Below, piece after piece: positions 12,101-26,579 of a DNA stretch of 64,000 nucleotides. The stretch is taken from assembly GCA_964016885.1 (NCBI GenBank), contig OZ024742.1:377022001-377086000 (forward strand). Reading direction: 5' to 3'. Source of the stretch: Eledone cirrhosa. Lineage: Eukaryota. How positions within the stretch are numbered: position 1 is the stretch's first letter; each line of letters opens with the position of its first letter. Below the pieces are notes generated by a model. The model was not told the DNA's origin, did no database searches, and worked only from the letters and a program-made list of their open reading frames with translations. The position numbers were made by a program, and so were the translations under genes.

Positions 12101-15100
12101 GGTCGACACACTTCATCCTATAGTAAAGACTATAAAGTCACAGGTCACAACTGTGGTCGACACACTTCATCCTATAGTAAAGACTATAAAGTCCCAGGTC
12201 ACTACTGTGGTCGACACACTTCATCCTATAGTAAAGACTATAAAGTCCCAGGTCACTACTGTGGTCGACACACTTCATCCTATAGTAAAGACTATAAAGT
12301 CCCAGGTCACTACTGTGGTCGACACGCTTCATACTATAGTAAAGACTATAAAGTCCCAGGTCACTACTGTGGTCGACACACTTCATGCTATAGTAAAGAC
12401 TATAAAGTCCCAGGTCACTACTGTGGTCGACACACTTCATACTAGAGTAAAGACTATAAAGTCCCAGGTCACTACTGTGGTCGATACACTTCATACTATA
12501 GTAAAGACTATAAAGTCCCAGGTCACTACTGTGGTCGACACACTTAATCCTATATTAAAGACTATAAAGTCCCAGATCCCTACTGTGGTCGACACACTTC
12601 ATCCTATAGTAAAGACTATAAAGTCCCAGGTCACTACTGTGGTCGACACACTTCATACTATAGTAAAGACTATAAAGTCCCAGGTCACTACTGTGGTCGA
12701 CACACTTCATCCTATAGTAAATACTATAAAGTCCCAGGTCACTACTGTGGTCGACACACTTCATACTATAGTAAAGACTATAAAGTCCCAGGTCACTACT
12801 GTGGTCGACACACTTCATACTATAGTAAAGACTATAAAGTCCCAGGTCACTACTGTGGTCGAAACACTTCATACTATAGTAAAGACTATAAAGTCCCAGG
12901 TCCCTACTGTGGTCGACACACTGCATCCTATAGTAAAGACTATAAAGTCCCAGGTCACTACTGTGGTCGACACACTTCATCCTATAGTAAAGACTATAAA
13001 GTCCCAGGTCCCTACTGTGGTCGACATACTTCATCCTATAGTAAAGACTATAAAGTCCCAGGTCACTACTGTGGTCGACACACTTCATACTATAGTAAAG
13101 ACTATAAAGTCCCAGGTCACTACTGTGGTCGACACACTTCATACTATAGTAAAGACTATAAAGTCCCAGGTCACTACTGTCGTCGACACACTTCATCCTA
13201 TAGTAAAGACTATAAAGTCCCAGGTCCCTACTGTGGTCGACATACTTCATCCTATAGTAAAGACTATAAAGTCCCAGGTCACTACTGTGGTCGCCACACT
13301 TCATCCTATAGTAAAGACTATAAAGTCCCAGGTCACTACTGTGGTCGACACACTTCATACTATAGTAAAGACTATAAAGTCCCAGGTCACTACTGTGGTC
13401 GACACACTTCATCCTATAGTAAAGACTATAAAGTCCCAGGTCCCTACTGTGGTCGACATACTTCATCCTATAGTAAAGACTATAAAGTCCCAGATCACTA
13501 CTGTGGTCGACAGACTTCATCCTATAGTAAAGACTATAAAGTCCCAGGTCACTACTGTGGTCGACACACTTCATACTATAGTAAAGAGTATAAAGTCCCA
13601 GGTCACTACTGTGGTCGACACACTTCATCCTATAGTAAAGACTATAAAGTCCCAGGTCACTACTGTGGTCGACACACTTCATCCTATAGTAAAGACTATA
13701 AAGTCCCAGGTCCCTACTTTGGTCGACACACTTCATCCTATAGTAAAGACTATAAAGTCCCAGCTCACTACTGTGGTCGACACACTTCATACTATAGTAA
13801 AGACTATAAAGTCCCAGGTCACTACTGTGGTCGACACACTTCATACTATAGTAAAGACTATAAAGTCCCAGGTCACTACTGTGGTCGACACACTTCATAC
13901 TATAGTAAAGACTATAAAGTCCCAGGTCACTACTGTGGTCGACACACTTCATACTATAGTAAAGACTATAAAGTCCCAGGTCACTACTGTGGTCGACACA
14001 CTTCATCCTATAGTAAAGACTATAAAGTCCCAGGTCACTACTGTGGTCGACACACTTCATCATATAGTAAAGACTATAAAGTCCCAGGTCACTACTGTGG
14101 TCGACACACTTCATCCTATAGTAAAGACTATAAAGTCCCAGGTCACTACTGTGGTCGACACACTTCATCCTATAGTAAAGACTATAAAGTCCCAGGTCAC
14201 TACTGTGGTCGACACACTTCATACTATAGTAAAGACTATAAAGTCCCAGATCCCTACTGTGGTCGACACGCTTCATCCTATAGTAAAGACTATAAAGTCC
14301 CAGGTCACTACTGTGGTCGACACACTTCATCCTATAGTAAAGACTATAAAGTCCCAGGTCACTACTGTGGTCGACACACTTCATCCTATAGTAAAGACTA
14401 TAAAGTCCCAGGTCACTACTGTGGTCGACACACTTCATCCTATAGTAAAGACTATAAAGTCCCAGGTCTCTACTGTGGTCGACACACTTCATCCTATATT
14501 AAAGACTATAAAGTCCCAGGTCCCTACTGTGGCCGACACACTTCATACTATAGTAAAGACTATAAAGTCCCAGGTCACTACTGTGGTCGACACACTTCAT
14601 CCTATAGTAAAGACTATAAAGTCCCAGGTCACTACTGTGGTCGACACACTTCATCCTATAGTAAAGACTATAAAGTCACAGGTCACAACTGTGGTCGACA
14701 CACTTCATCCTATAGTAAAGACTATAAAGTCCCAGGTCACTACTGTGGTCGACACACTTCATCCTATAGTAAAGACTATAAAGTCCCAGGTCACTACTGT
14801 GGTCGACACACTTCATCCTATAGTAAAGACTATAAAGTCCCAGGTCACTACTGTGGTCGACACGCTTCATACTATAGTAAAGACTATAAAGTCCCAGGTC
14901 ACTACTGTGGTCGACACACTTCATGCTATAGTAAAGACTATAAAGTCCCAGGTCACTACTCTGGTCGACACACTTCATACTAGAGTAAAGACTATAAAGT
15001 CCCAGGTCACTACTGTGGTCGATACACTTCATACTATAGTAAAGACTATAAAGTCCCAGGTCACTATTGTGGTCGACACACTTAATCCTATATTAAAGAC

Positions 15101-18100
15101 TATAAAGTCCCAGATCCCTACTGTGGTCGACACACTTCATCCTATAGTAAAGACTATAAAGTCCCAGGTCACTACTGTGGTCGACACACTTCATACTATA
15201 GTAAAGACTATAAAGTCCCAGGTCACTACTGTGGTCGACACACTTCATCGTATAGTAAATACTATAAAGTCCCAGGTCACTACTGTGGTCGACACACTTC
15301 ATACTATAGTAAAGACTATAAAGTCCCAGGTCACTACTGTGGTCGACACACTTCATACTATAGTAAAGACTATAAAGTCCCAGGTCACTACTGTGGTCGA
15401 AACACTTCATACTATAGTAAAGACTATAAAGTCCCAGGTCCCTACTGTGGTCGACACACTGCATCCTATAGTAAAAACTATAAAGTCCCAGGTCACTACT
15501 GTGGTCGACACACTTCATCCTATAGTAAAGACTATAAAGTCCCAGGTCCCTACTTTGGTCGACACACTTCATCCTATAGTAAAGACTATAAAGTCCCAGG
15601 TCACTACTGTGGTCGACACACTTCATCCTATAGTAAAGAGTATAAAGTCCCAGGTCCCTACTTTGGTCGACACACTTCATCCTATAGTAAAGACTATAAA
15701 GTCCCAGGTCACTACTGTGGTCGCCACACTTCATCCTATAGTAAAGACTATAAAGTCACAGGTCACTACTGTGGTCGACACACTTCATACTATAGTAAAG
15801 ACTATAAAGTCCCAGGTCACTACTGTGGTCGACACTCTTCATACTATAGTAAAGACTATAAAGTCCCAGGTCACTACTGTGGTCGACACACTTCATACTA
15901 TAGTAAAGACTATAAAGTCCCAGGTCACTACTGTGGTCGACACACTTCATACTATAGTAAAGAGTATAAAGTCCCAGGTCACTACTGTGGTCGACACACT
16001 TCATACTATAGTAAAGACTATAAAGTCCCAGGTCACTACTGTGGTCGACACACTTCATACTATAGTAAAGACTATAAAGTCCCAGGCCACTACTGTGGTC
16101 GACACACTTCATCCTATAGTAAAGACTATAAAGTCCCAGGTCCCTACTTTGGTCGACACACTTCATCCTATAGTAAAGACTATAAAGTCCCAGGTCACTA
16201 CTGTGGTCGACACACTTCATACTATAGTAAAGAATATAAAGTCCCAGGTCACTACTGTGGTCGACACACTTCATACTATAGTAAAGACTATAAAGTCACA
16301 GGTCACTACTGTGGTCGACACACTTCATCCTATAGTAAAGACTATAAAGTCCCAGGTCCCTACTTTGGTCGACACACTTCATCCTATACTAAAGACTATA
16401 AAGTCCCAGGTCACTACTGTGGTCGACACACTTCATACTATAGTAAAGACTATAAAGTCACAGGTCACTACTGTGGTCGACACACTTCATCCTATAGTAA
16501 AGACTATAAAGTCCCAGGTCACTACTGTGGTAGACACACTTCATACTATAGTAAAGATTATAAAGTCCCAGGTCAGTACTGTGGTGGACACACTTCATCC
16601 TATAGTAAAGACCATAAAGTCCCAGGCCACTACTGTGGTCGACACGCTTCATCCTATAGGAAAGACTATAAAGTCCCAGGTCCCTACTTTGGTCGACATA
16701 CTTCATCCTATAGTAAAGACTATAAAGTCCCAGGTCGCTACTGTGGTCGACACACTTCATACTATAGTAAAGACTATAAAGTCCCAGGTCACTACTGTGG
16801 TAGACACACTTCAGACTATAGTAAAGATTATAAAGTCCCAGGTCACTACTGTGGTCGACACACTTCATACTATAGTAAAGAGTATAAAGTCCCAGGTCAC
16901 TACTGTGGTCGACACACTTCATCCTATAGTAAAGACTATAAAGTCCCAGGTCACTACTGTGGTCGAAAACACTTCATCCTATAGTAAAGACTATAAAGTC
17001 CCAGGTCCCTACTTTGGTCGACACACTTCATCCTATAGTAAAGACTATAAAGTCCCAGCTCACTACTGTGGTCGACACACTTCATACTATAGTAAAGACT
17101 ATAAAGTCCCAGGTCACTACTGTGGTCGACAAACTTCATACTATAGTAAAGACTATAAAGTCCCAGGTCACTAATGTGGTCGACACACTTCATCCTATAG
17201 TAAAGACTATAAAGTCCCAGGTCACTACTGTGGTCGACACACTTCATACTATAGTAAAGACTATAAAGTCACAGGTCACTACTGTGGTCGACACACTTCA
17301 TCCTATAGTAAAGACTATAAAGTCCCAGGTCACTACTGTGGTAGACACACTTCATACTATAGTAAAGATTATAAAGTCCCAGGTCAGTACTGTGGTGGAC
17401 ACACTTCATCCTATAGTAAAGACCATAAAGTCCCAGGCCACTACTGTGGTCGACACGCTTCATCCTATAGGAAAGACTATAAAGTCCCAGGTCCCTACTT
17501 TGGTCGACATACTTCATCCTATAGTAAAGACTATAAAGTCCCAGGTCGCTACTGTGGTCGACACACTTCATACTATAGTAAAGACTATAAAGTCCCAGGT
17601 CACTACTGTGGTAGACACACTTCATACTATAGTAAAGATTATAAAGTCCCAGGTCACTACTGTGGTCGACACAATTCATACTATAGTAAAGAGTATAAAG
17701 TCCCAGGTCACTACTGTGGTCGACACACTTCATCCTATAGTAAAGACTATAAAGTCCCAGGTCACTACTGTGGTCGACACACTTCATCCTATAGTAAAGA
17801 CTATAAAGTCCCAGGTCCCTACTTTGGTCGACACACTTCATCCTATAGTAAAGACTATAAAGTCCCAGCTCACTACTGTGGTCGACACACTTCATACTAT
17901 AGTAAAGACTATAAAGTCCCAGGTCACTACTGTGGTCGACAAACTTCATACTATAGTAAAGACTATAAAGTCCCAGGTCACTAATGTGGTCGACACACTT
18001 CATCCTATAGTAAAGACTATAAAGTCCCAGGTCACTACTGTGGTCGACACACTTCATACTATAGTAAAGACTATAAAGTCCCAGGTCACTACTGTGGTCG

Positions 18101-21100
18101 ACACACTTCATACTATAGTAAAGACTATAAAGTCCCAGGTCACTACTGTGGTCGACACACTTCATACTATAGTAAAGACTATAAAGTCCCAGGTCACTAC
18201 TGTGGTCGACACACTTCATCCTATAGTAAAGACTATAAAGTCCCAGGTCACTACTGTGGTCGACACACTTCATCATATAGTAAAGACTATAAAGTCCCAG
18301 GTCACTACTGTGGTCGACACACTTCATCCTATAGTAAAGACTATAAAGTCCCAGGTCACTACTGTGGTCGACACACTTCATCCTATAGTAAAGACTATAA
18401 AGTCCCAGGTCACTACTGTGGTCGACACACTTCATACTATAGTAAAGACTATAAAGTCCCAGATCCCTACTGTGGTCGACACGCTTCATCCTATAGTAAA
18501 GACTATAAAGTCCCAGGTCACTACTGTGGCGACACACTTCATCCTATAGTAAAGACTATAAAGTCCCAGGTCACTACTGTGGTCGACACACTTCATCCTA
18601 TAGTAAAGACTATAAAGTCACAGGTCACAACTGTGGTCGACACACTTCATCCTATAGTAAAGACTATAAAGTCCCAGGTCACTACTGTGGTCGACACACT
18701 TCATCCTATAGTAAAGACTATAAAGTCCCAGGTCACTACTGTGGTCGACACACTTCATCCTATAGTAAAGACTATAAAGTCCCAGGTCACTACTGTGGTC
18801 GACACGCTTCATACTATAGTAAAGACTATAAAGTCCCAGGTCACTACTGTGGTCGACACACTTCATGCTATAGTAAAGACTATAAAGTCCCAGGTCACTA
18901 CTGTGGTCGACACACTTCATACTAGAGTAAAGACTATAAAGTCCCAGGTCACTACTGTGGTCGATACACTTCATACTATAGTAAAGACTATAAAGTCCCA
19001 GGTCACTACTGTGGTCGACACACTTAATCCTATATTAAAGACTATAAAGTCCCAGATCCCTACTGTGGTCGACACACTTCATCCTATAGTAAAGACTATA
19101 AAGTCCCAGGTCACTACTGTGGTCGACACACTTCATACTATAGTAAAGACTATAAAGTCCCAGGTCACTACTGTGGTCGACACACTTCATCCTATAGTAA
19201 ATACTATAAAGTCCCAGGTCACTACTGTGGTCGACACACTTCATACTATAGTAAAGACTATAAAGTCCCAGGTCACTACTGTGGTCGACACACTTCATAC
19301 TATAGTAAAGACTATAAAGTCCCAGGTCACTACTGTGGTCGAAACACTTCATACTATAGTAAAGACTATAAAGTCCCAGGTCCCTACTGTGGTCGACACA
19401 CTGCATCCTATAGTAAAGACTATAAAGTCCCAGGTCACTACTGTGGTCGACACACTTCATCCTATAGTAAAGACTATAAAGTCCCAGGTCCCTACTGTGG
19501 TCGACATACTTCATCCTATAGTAAAGACTATAAAGTCCCAGGTCACTACTGTGGTCGACACACTTCATACTATAGTAAAGACTATAAAGTCCCAGGTCAC
19601 TACTGTGGTCGACACACTTCATACTATAGTAAAGACTATAAAGTCCCAGGTCACTACTGTCGTCGACACACTTCATCCTATAGTAAAGACTATAAAGTCC
19701 CAGGTCCCTACTGTGGTCGACATACTTCATCCTATAGTAAAGACTATAAAGTCCCAGGTCACTACTGTGGTCGACACACTTCATCCTATAGTAAAGACTA
19801 TAAAGTCCCAGGTCACTACTGTGGTCGACACACTTCATACTATAGTAAAGACTATAAAGTCCCAGGTCACTACTGTGGTCGACACACTTCATCCTATAGT
19901 AAAGACTATAAAGTCCCAGGTCCCTACTGTGGTCGACATACTTCATCCTATAGTAAAGACTATAAAGTCCCAGATCACTACTGTGGTCGACAGACTTCAT
20001 CCTATAGTAAAGACTATAAAGTCCCAGGTCACTACTGTGGTCGACACACTTCATACTATAGTAAAGAGTATAAAGTCCCAGGTCACTACTGTGGTCGACA
20101 CACTTCATCCTATAGTAAAGACTATAAAGTCCCAGGTCACTACTGTGGTCGACACACTTCATCCTATAGTAAAGACTATAAAGTCCCAGGTCCCTACTTT
20201 GGTCGACACACTTCATCCTATAGTAAAGACTATAAAGTCCCAGCTCACTACTGTGGTCGACACACTTCATACTATAGTAAAGACTATAAAGTCCCAGGTC
20301 ACTACTGTGGTCGACACACTTCATACTATAGTAAAGACTATAAAGTCCCAGGTCACTACTGTGGTCGACACACTTCATACTATAGTAAAGACTATAAAGT
20401 CCCAGGTCACTACTGTGGTCGACACACTTCATACTATAGTAAAGACTATAAAGTCCCAGGTCACTACTGTGGTCGACACACTTCATCCTATAGTAAAGAC
20501 TATAAAGTCCCAGGTCACTACTGTGGTCGACACACTTCATCATATAGTAAAGACTATAAAGTCCCAGGTCACTACTGTGGTCGACACACTTCATCCTATA
20601 GTAAAGACTATAAAGTCCCAGGTCACTACTGTGGTCGACACACTTCATCCTATAGTAAAGACTATAAAGTCCCAGGTCACTACTGTGGTCGACACACTTC
20701 ATACTATAGTAAAGACTATAAAGTCCCAGATCCCTACTGTGGTCGACACGCTTCATCCTATAGTAAAGACTATAAAGTCCCAGGTCACTACTGTGGTCGA
20801 CACACTTCATCCTATAGTAAAGACTATAAAGTCCCAGGTCACTACTGTGGTCGACACACTTCATCCTATAGTAAAGACTATAAAGTCCCAGGTCACTACT
20901 GTGGTCGACACACTTCATCCTATAGTAAAGACTATAAAGTCCCAGGTCTCTACTGTGGTCGACACACTTCATCCTATATTAAAGACTATAAAGTCCCAGG
21001 TCCCTACTGTGGCCGACACACTTCATACTATAGTAAAGACTATAAAGTCCCAGGTCACTACTGTGGTCGACACACTTCATCCTATAGTAAAGACTATAAA

Positions 21101-21980
21101 GTCCCAGGTCACTACTGTGGTCGACACACTTCATCCTATAGTAAAGACTATAAAGTCACAGGTCACAACTGTGGTCGACACACTTCATCCTATAGTAAAG
21201 ACTATAAAGTCCCAGGTCACTACTGTGGTCGACACACTTCATCCTATAGTAAAGACTATAAAGTCCCAGGTCACTACTGTGGTCGACACACTTCATCCTA
21301 TAGTAAAGACTATAAAGTCCCAGGTCACTACTGTGGTCGACACGCTTCATACTATAGTAAAGACTATAAAGTCCCAGGTCACTACTGTGGTCGACACACT
21401 TCATGCTATAGTAAAGACTATAAAGTCCCAGGTCACTACTCTGGTCGACACACTTCATACTAGAGTAAAGACTATAAAGTCCCAGGTCACTACTGTGGTC
21501 GATACACTTCATACTATAGTAAAGACTATAAAGTCCCAGGTCACTATTGTGGTCGACACACTTAATCCTATATTAAAGACTATAAAGTCCCAGATCCCTA
21601 CTGTGGTCGACACACTTCATCCTATAGTAAAGACTATAAAGTCCCAGGTCACTACTGTGGTCGACACACTTCATACTATAGTAAAGACTATAAAGTCCCA
21701 GGTCACTACTGTGTTCGACACACTTCATCGTATAGTAAATACTATAAAGTCCCAGGTCACTACTGTGGTCGACACACTTCATACTATAGTAAAGACTATA
21801 AAGTCCCAGGTCACTACTGTGGTCGACACACTTCATACTATAGTAAAGACTATAAAGTCCCAGGTCACTACTGTGGTCGAAACACTTCATACTATAGTAA
21901 AGACTATAAAGTCCCAGGTCCCTACTGTGGTCGACACACTGCATCCTATAGTAAAGACTATAAAGTCCCAGGTCACTACT
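9165..21980. repeat. ~6.3-6.5 kb tandem higher-order duplication (117-120 monomers) in the 54-bp array
   Basis: The ordered variant series recurs at offsets 6317, 6425/6426 and 6480 (=120x54), including the GTGG^CGAC deletion at 12049/18529. Confidence 0.9.
9970..11640. repeat. 810-bp (15-monomer) nested tandem duplication
   Basis: GTCAGTACTGTGGTGGAC-containing monomers at 10141/10951 and GTCACTAATG at 10741/11551. The pair recurs inside the second 6.4-kb copy. Confidence 0.9.
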
Positions 21981-24900
21981 GTGGTCGACACACTTCATCC
22001 TATAGTAAAGACTATAAAGTCCCAGGTCCCTACTGTGGTCGACATACTTCATCCTATAGTAAAGACTATAAAGTCCCAGGTCACTACTGTGGTCGACACA
22101 CTTCATACTATAGTAAAGACTATAAAGTCCCAGGTCACTACTGTGGTCGACACACTTCATACTATAGTAAAGACTATAAAGTCCCAGGTCACTACTGTGG
22201 TCGACACACTTCATCCTATAGTAAAGACTATAAAGTCCCAGGTCCCTACTGTGGTCGACATACTTCATCCTATAGTAAAGACTATAAAGTCCCAGGTCAC
22301 TACTGTGGTCGACACACTTCATCCTATAGTAAAGACTATAAAGTCCCAGGTCACTACTGTGGTCGACACACTTCATACTATAGTAAAGACTATAAAGTCC
22401 CAGGTCACTACTGTGGTCGACACACTTCATCCTATAGTAAAGACTATAAAGTCCCAGGTCCCTACTGTGGTCGACATACTTCATCCTATAGTAAAGACTA
22501 TAAAGTCCCAGATCACTACTGTGGTCGACAGACTTCATCCTATAGTAAAGTTAATAAAGTCCCAGGTCACTACTGTGGTCGACACACTTCATACTATAGT
22601 AAAGACTATAAAGTCCCAGGTCACTACTGTGGTCGACACACTTCAACCTATAGTAAAGACTATAAAGTCCCAGGTCACTACTGTGGTCGACACACTTCAT
22701 CCTATATTAAAGACTATGAAGTCCCAGGTCCCTACTGTGGTCGACACACTTCATACTATAGTAAAGACTATAAAGTCCCAGGTCACTACTGTGGTCGACA
22801 CACTTCATCCTATAGTAAAGACTATAAAGTCCCAGGTCATTGCTGTGGTCGACACACTTCATCCTATAGTAAAGATTATAAAGTCCCAGGTCACTACTGT
22901 GGTCGACACACTTAATACTATAGAAAAGACTATAAAGTCCCAGGTCACTACTGTGGTCGACACACTTCATACTATAGTAAAGACTATAAAGTCCCAGGTC
23001 ACTACTGTGGTCGACACACTTAATACTATAGTAAAGACTATAAAGTCCCAGGTCACTACTGTGGTCGACACACTTCATCCTATATTAAAGACTATGAAGT
23101 CCCAGGTCCCTACTGTGGTCGACACACTTCATACTATAGTAAAGACTATAAAGTCCCAGGTCACTACTGTGGTCGAGACACTTCATACTATAGTAAAGAC
23201 TATAAAGTCCCAGGTCACTACTGTGGTCGGCACACTTCATACTATAGTAAAGACTATAAAGTCCCAGGTCACTACTGTGGTCGACAAACTTCATACTATA
23301 GTAAAGATTATAAAGTCCCAGGTCAGTACTGTGGTGGACACACTTCATCCTATAGTAAAGACCATAAAGTCCCAGGCCACTACTGTGGTCGACACACTTC
23401 ATCCTATAGGAAAGACTATAAAGTCCCAGGTCCCTACTTTGGTCGACATACTTCATCCTATAGTAAAGACTATAAAGTCCCAGGTCGCTACTGTGGTCGA
23501 CACACTTCATACTATAGTAAAGACTATAAAGTCCCAGGTCACTACTGTGGTCGACACACTTCATACTATAGTAAAGACTATAAAGTCCCAGGTCACTACT
23601 GTGGTCGACACACTTCATACTATAGTAAAGACTATAAAGTCCCAGGTCACTACTGTGGTAGACACACTTCATACTATAGTAAAGATTATAAAGTCCCAGG
23701 TCACTACTGTGGTCGACACACTTCATACTATAGTAAAGAGTATAAAGTCCCAGGTCACTACTGTGGTCGACACACTTCATCCTATAGTAAAGACTATAAA
23801 GTCCCAGGTCACTACTGTGGTCGACACACTTCATCCTATAGTAAAGACTATAAAGTCCCAGGTCCCTACTTTGGTCGACACACTTCATCCTATAGTAAAG
23901 ACTATAAAGTCCCAGCTCACTACTGTGGTCGACACACTTCATACTATAGTAAAGACTATAAAGTCCCAGGTCACTACTGTGGTCGACAAACTTCATACTA
24001 TAGTAAAGACTATAAAGTCCCAGGTCACTACTGTGGTCGACACACTTCATCCTATAGTAAAGACTATAAAGTCCCAGGTCACTACTGTGGTCGACACACT
24101 TCATACTATAGTAAAGACTATAAAGTCCCAGGTCACTACTGTGGTCGACACACTTCATACTATAGTAAAGACTATAAAGTCCCAGGTCACTACTGTGGTC
24201 GACACACTTCATACTATAGTAAAGACTATAAAGTCCCAGGTCACTACTGTGGTCGACACACTTCATCCTATAGTAAAGACTATAAAGTCCCAGGTCACTA
24301 CTGTGGTCGACACACTTCATCATATAGTAAAGACTATAAAGTCCCAGGTCACTACTGTGGTCGACACACTTCATCCTATAGTAAAGACTATAAAGTCCCA
24401 GGTCACTACTGTGGTCGACACACTTCATCCTATAGTAAAGACTATAAAGTCCCAGGTCACTACTGTGGTCGACACACTTCATACTATAGTAAAGACTATA
24501 AAGTCCCAGATCCCTACTGTGGTCGACACGCTTCATCCTATAGTAAAGACTATAAAGTCCCAGGTCACTACTGTGGTCGACACACTTCATCCTATAGTAA
24601 AGACTATAAAGTCCCAGGTCACTACTGTGGTCGACACACTTCATCCTATAGTAAAGACTATAAAGTCCCAGGTCACTACTGTGGTCGACACACTTCATCC
24701 TATAGTAAAGACTATAAAGTCCCAGGTCTCTACTGTGGTCGACACACTTCATCCTATATTAAAGACTATAAAGTCCCAGGTCCCTACTGTGGCCGACACA
24801 CTTCATACTATAGTAAAGACTATAAAGTCCCAGGTCACTACTGTGGTCGACACACTTCATCCTATAGTAAAGACTATAAAGTCCCAGGTCACTACTGTGG

Positions 24901-26579
24901 TCGACACACTTCATCCTATAGTAAAGACTATAAAGTCACAGGTCACAACTGTGGTCGACACACTTCATCCTATAGTAAAGACTATAAAGTCCCAGGTCAC
25001 TACTGTGGTCGACACACTTCATCCTATAGTAAAGACTATAAAGTCCCAGGTCACTACTGTGGTCGACACACTTCATCCTATAGTAAAGACTATAAAGTCC
25101 CAGGTCACTACTGTGGTCGACACGCTTCATACTATAGTAAAGACTATAAAGTCCCAGGTCACTACTGTGGTCGACACACTTCATGCTATAGTAAAGACTA
25201 TAAAGTCCCAGGTCACTACTGTGGTCGACACACTTCATTCTAGAGTAAAGACTATAAAGTCCCAGGTCACTACTGTGGTCGATACACTTCATACTATAGT
25301 AAAGACTATAAAGTCCCAGGTCACTACTGTGGTCGACACACTTCATCCTATATTAAAGACTATAAAGTCCCAGATCCCTACTGTGGTCGACACACTTCAT
25401 CCTATAGTAAAGACTATAAAGTCCCAGGTCACTACTGTGGTCGACACACTTCATACTATAGTAAAGACTATAAAGTCCCAGGTCACTACTGTGGTCGACA
25501 CACTTCATCCTACAGTAAAGACTATAAAGTCCCAGGTCACTACTGTGGTCGACACACTTCATACTATAGTAAAGACTATAAAGTCCCAGGTCCCTACTGT
25601 GGTCGACACACTTCATCCTATAGTAAAGACTATAAAGTCCCAGGTCACTACTGTGGTCGACACACTTCATACTATAGTAAAGACTATAAAGTCCCAGGTC
25701 ACTACTGTGGTCGACAAACTTCATACTATAGTAAAGATTATAAAGTCCCAGGTCAGTACTGTGGTGGACACACTTCATCCTATAGTAAAGACCATAAAGT
25801 CCCAGGCCACTACTGTGGTCGACACACTTCATCCTATAGGAAAGACTATAAAGTCCCAGGTCGCTACTGTGGTCGACACACTTCATCCTATAGTAAAGAC
25901 TATAAAGTCCCAGCTCACTACTGTGGTCGACACACTTCATACTATAGTAAAGACTATAAAGTCCCAGGTCACTACTGTGGTCGACAAACTTCATACTATA
26001 GTAAAGACTATAAAGTCCCAGGTCACTACTGTGGTCGACACACTTCATCCTATAGTAAAGACTATAAAGTCCCAGGTCACTACTGTGGTCGACACACTTC
26101 ATACTATAGTAAAGACTATAAAGTCCCAGGTCACTACTGTGGTCGACACACTTCATCCTATAGTAAAGACTATAAAGTCCCAGGTCACTACTGTGGTCGA
26201 CACACTTCATCATATAGTAAAGACTATAAAGTCCCAGGTCACTACTGTGGTCGACACACTTCATCCTATAGTAAAGACTATAAAGTCCCAGGTCACTACT
26301 GTGGTCGACACACTTCATCCTATAGTAAAGACTATAAAGTCCCAGGTCACTACTGTGGTCGACACACTTCATACTATAGTAAAGACTATAAAGTCCCAGA
26401 TCCCTACTGTGGTCGACACGCTTCATCCTATAGTAAAGACTATAAAGTCCCAGGTCACTACTGTGGTCGACACACTTCATCCTATAGTAAAGACTATAAA
26501 GTCCCAGGTCACTACTGTGGTCGACACACTTCATCCTATAGAAAAGACTATAAAGTCCCAGGTCACTACTGTGGTCGAC

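Noticed and set aside
600-15100. Recurrence of 47-unit offsets in both arrays (987/988 bp and 2538 bp)
   Set aside because: The physical lengths differ and many other offsets occur, so this is most likely coincidence.
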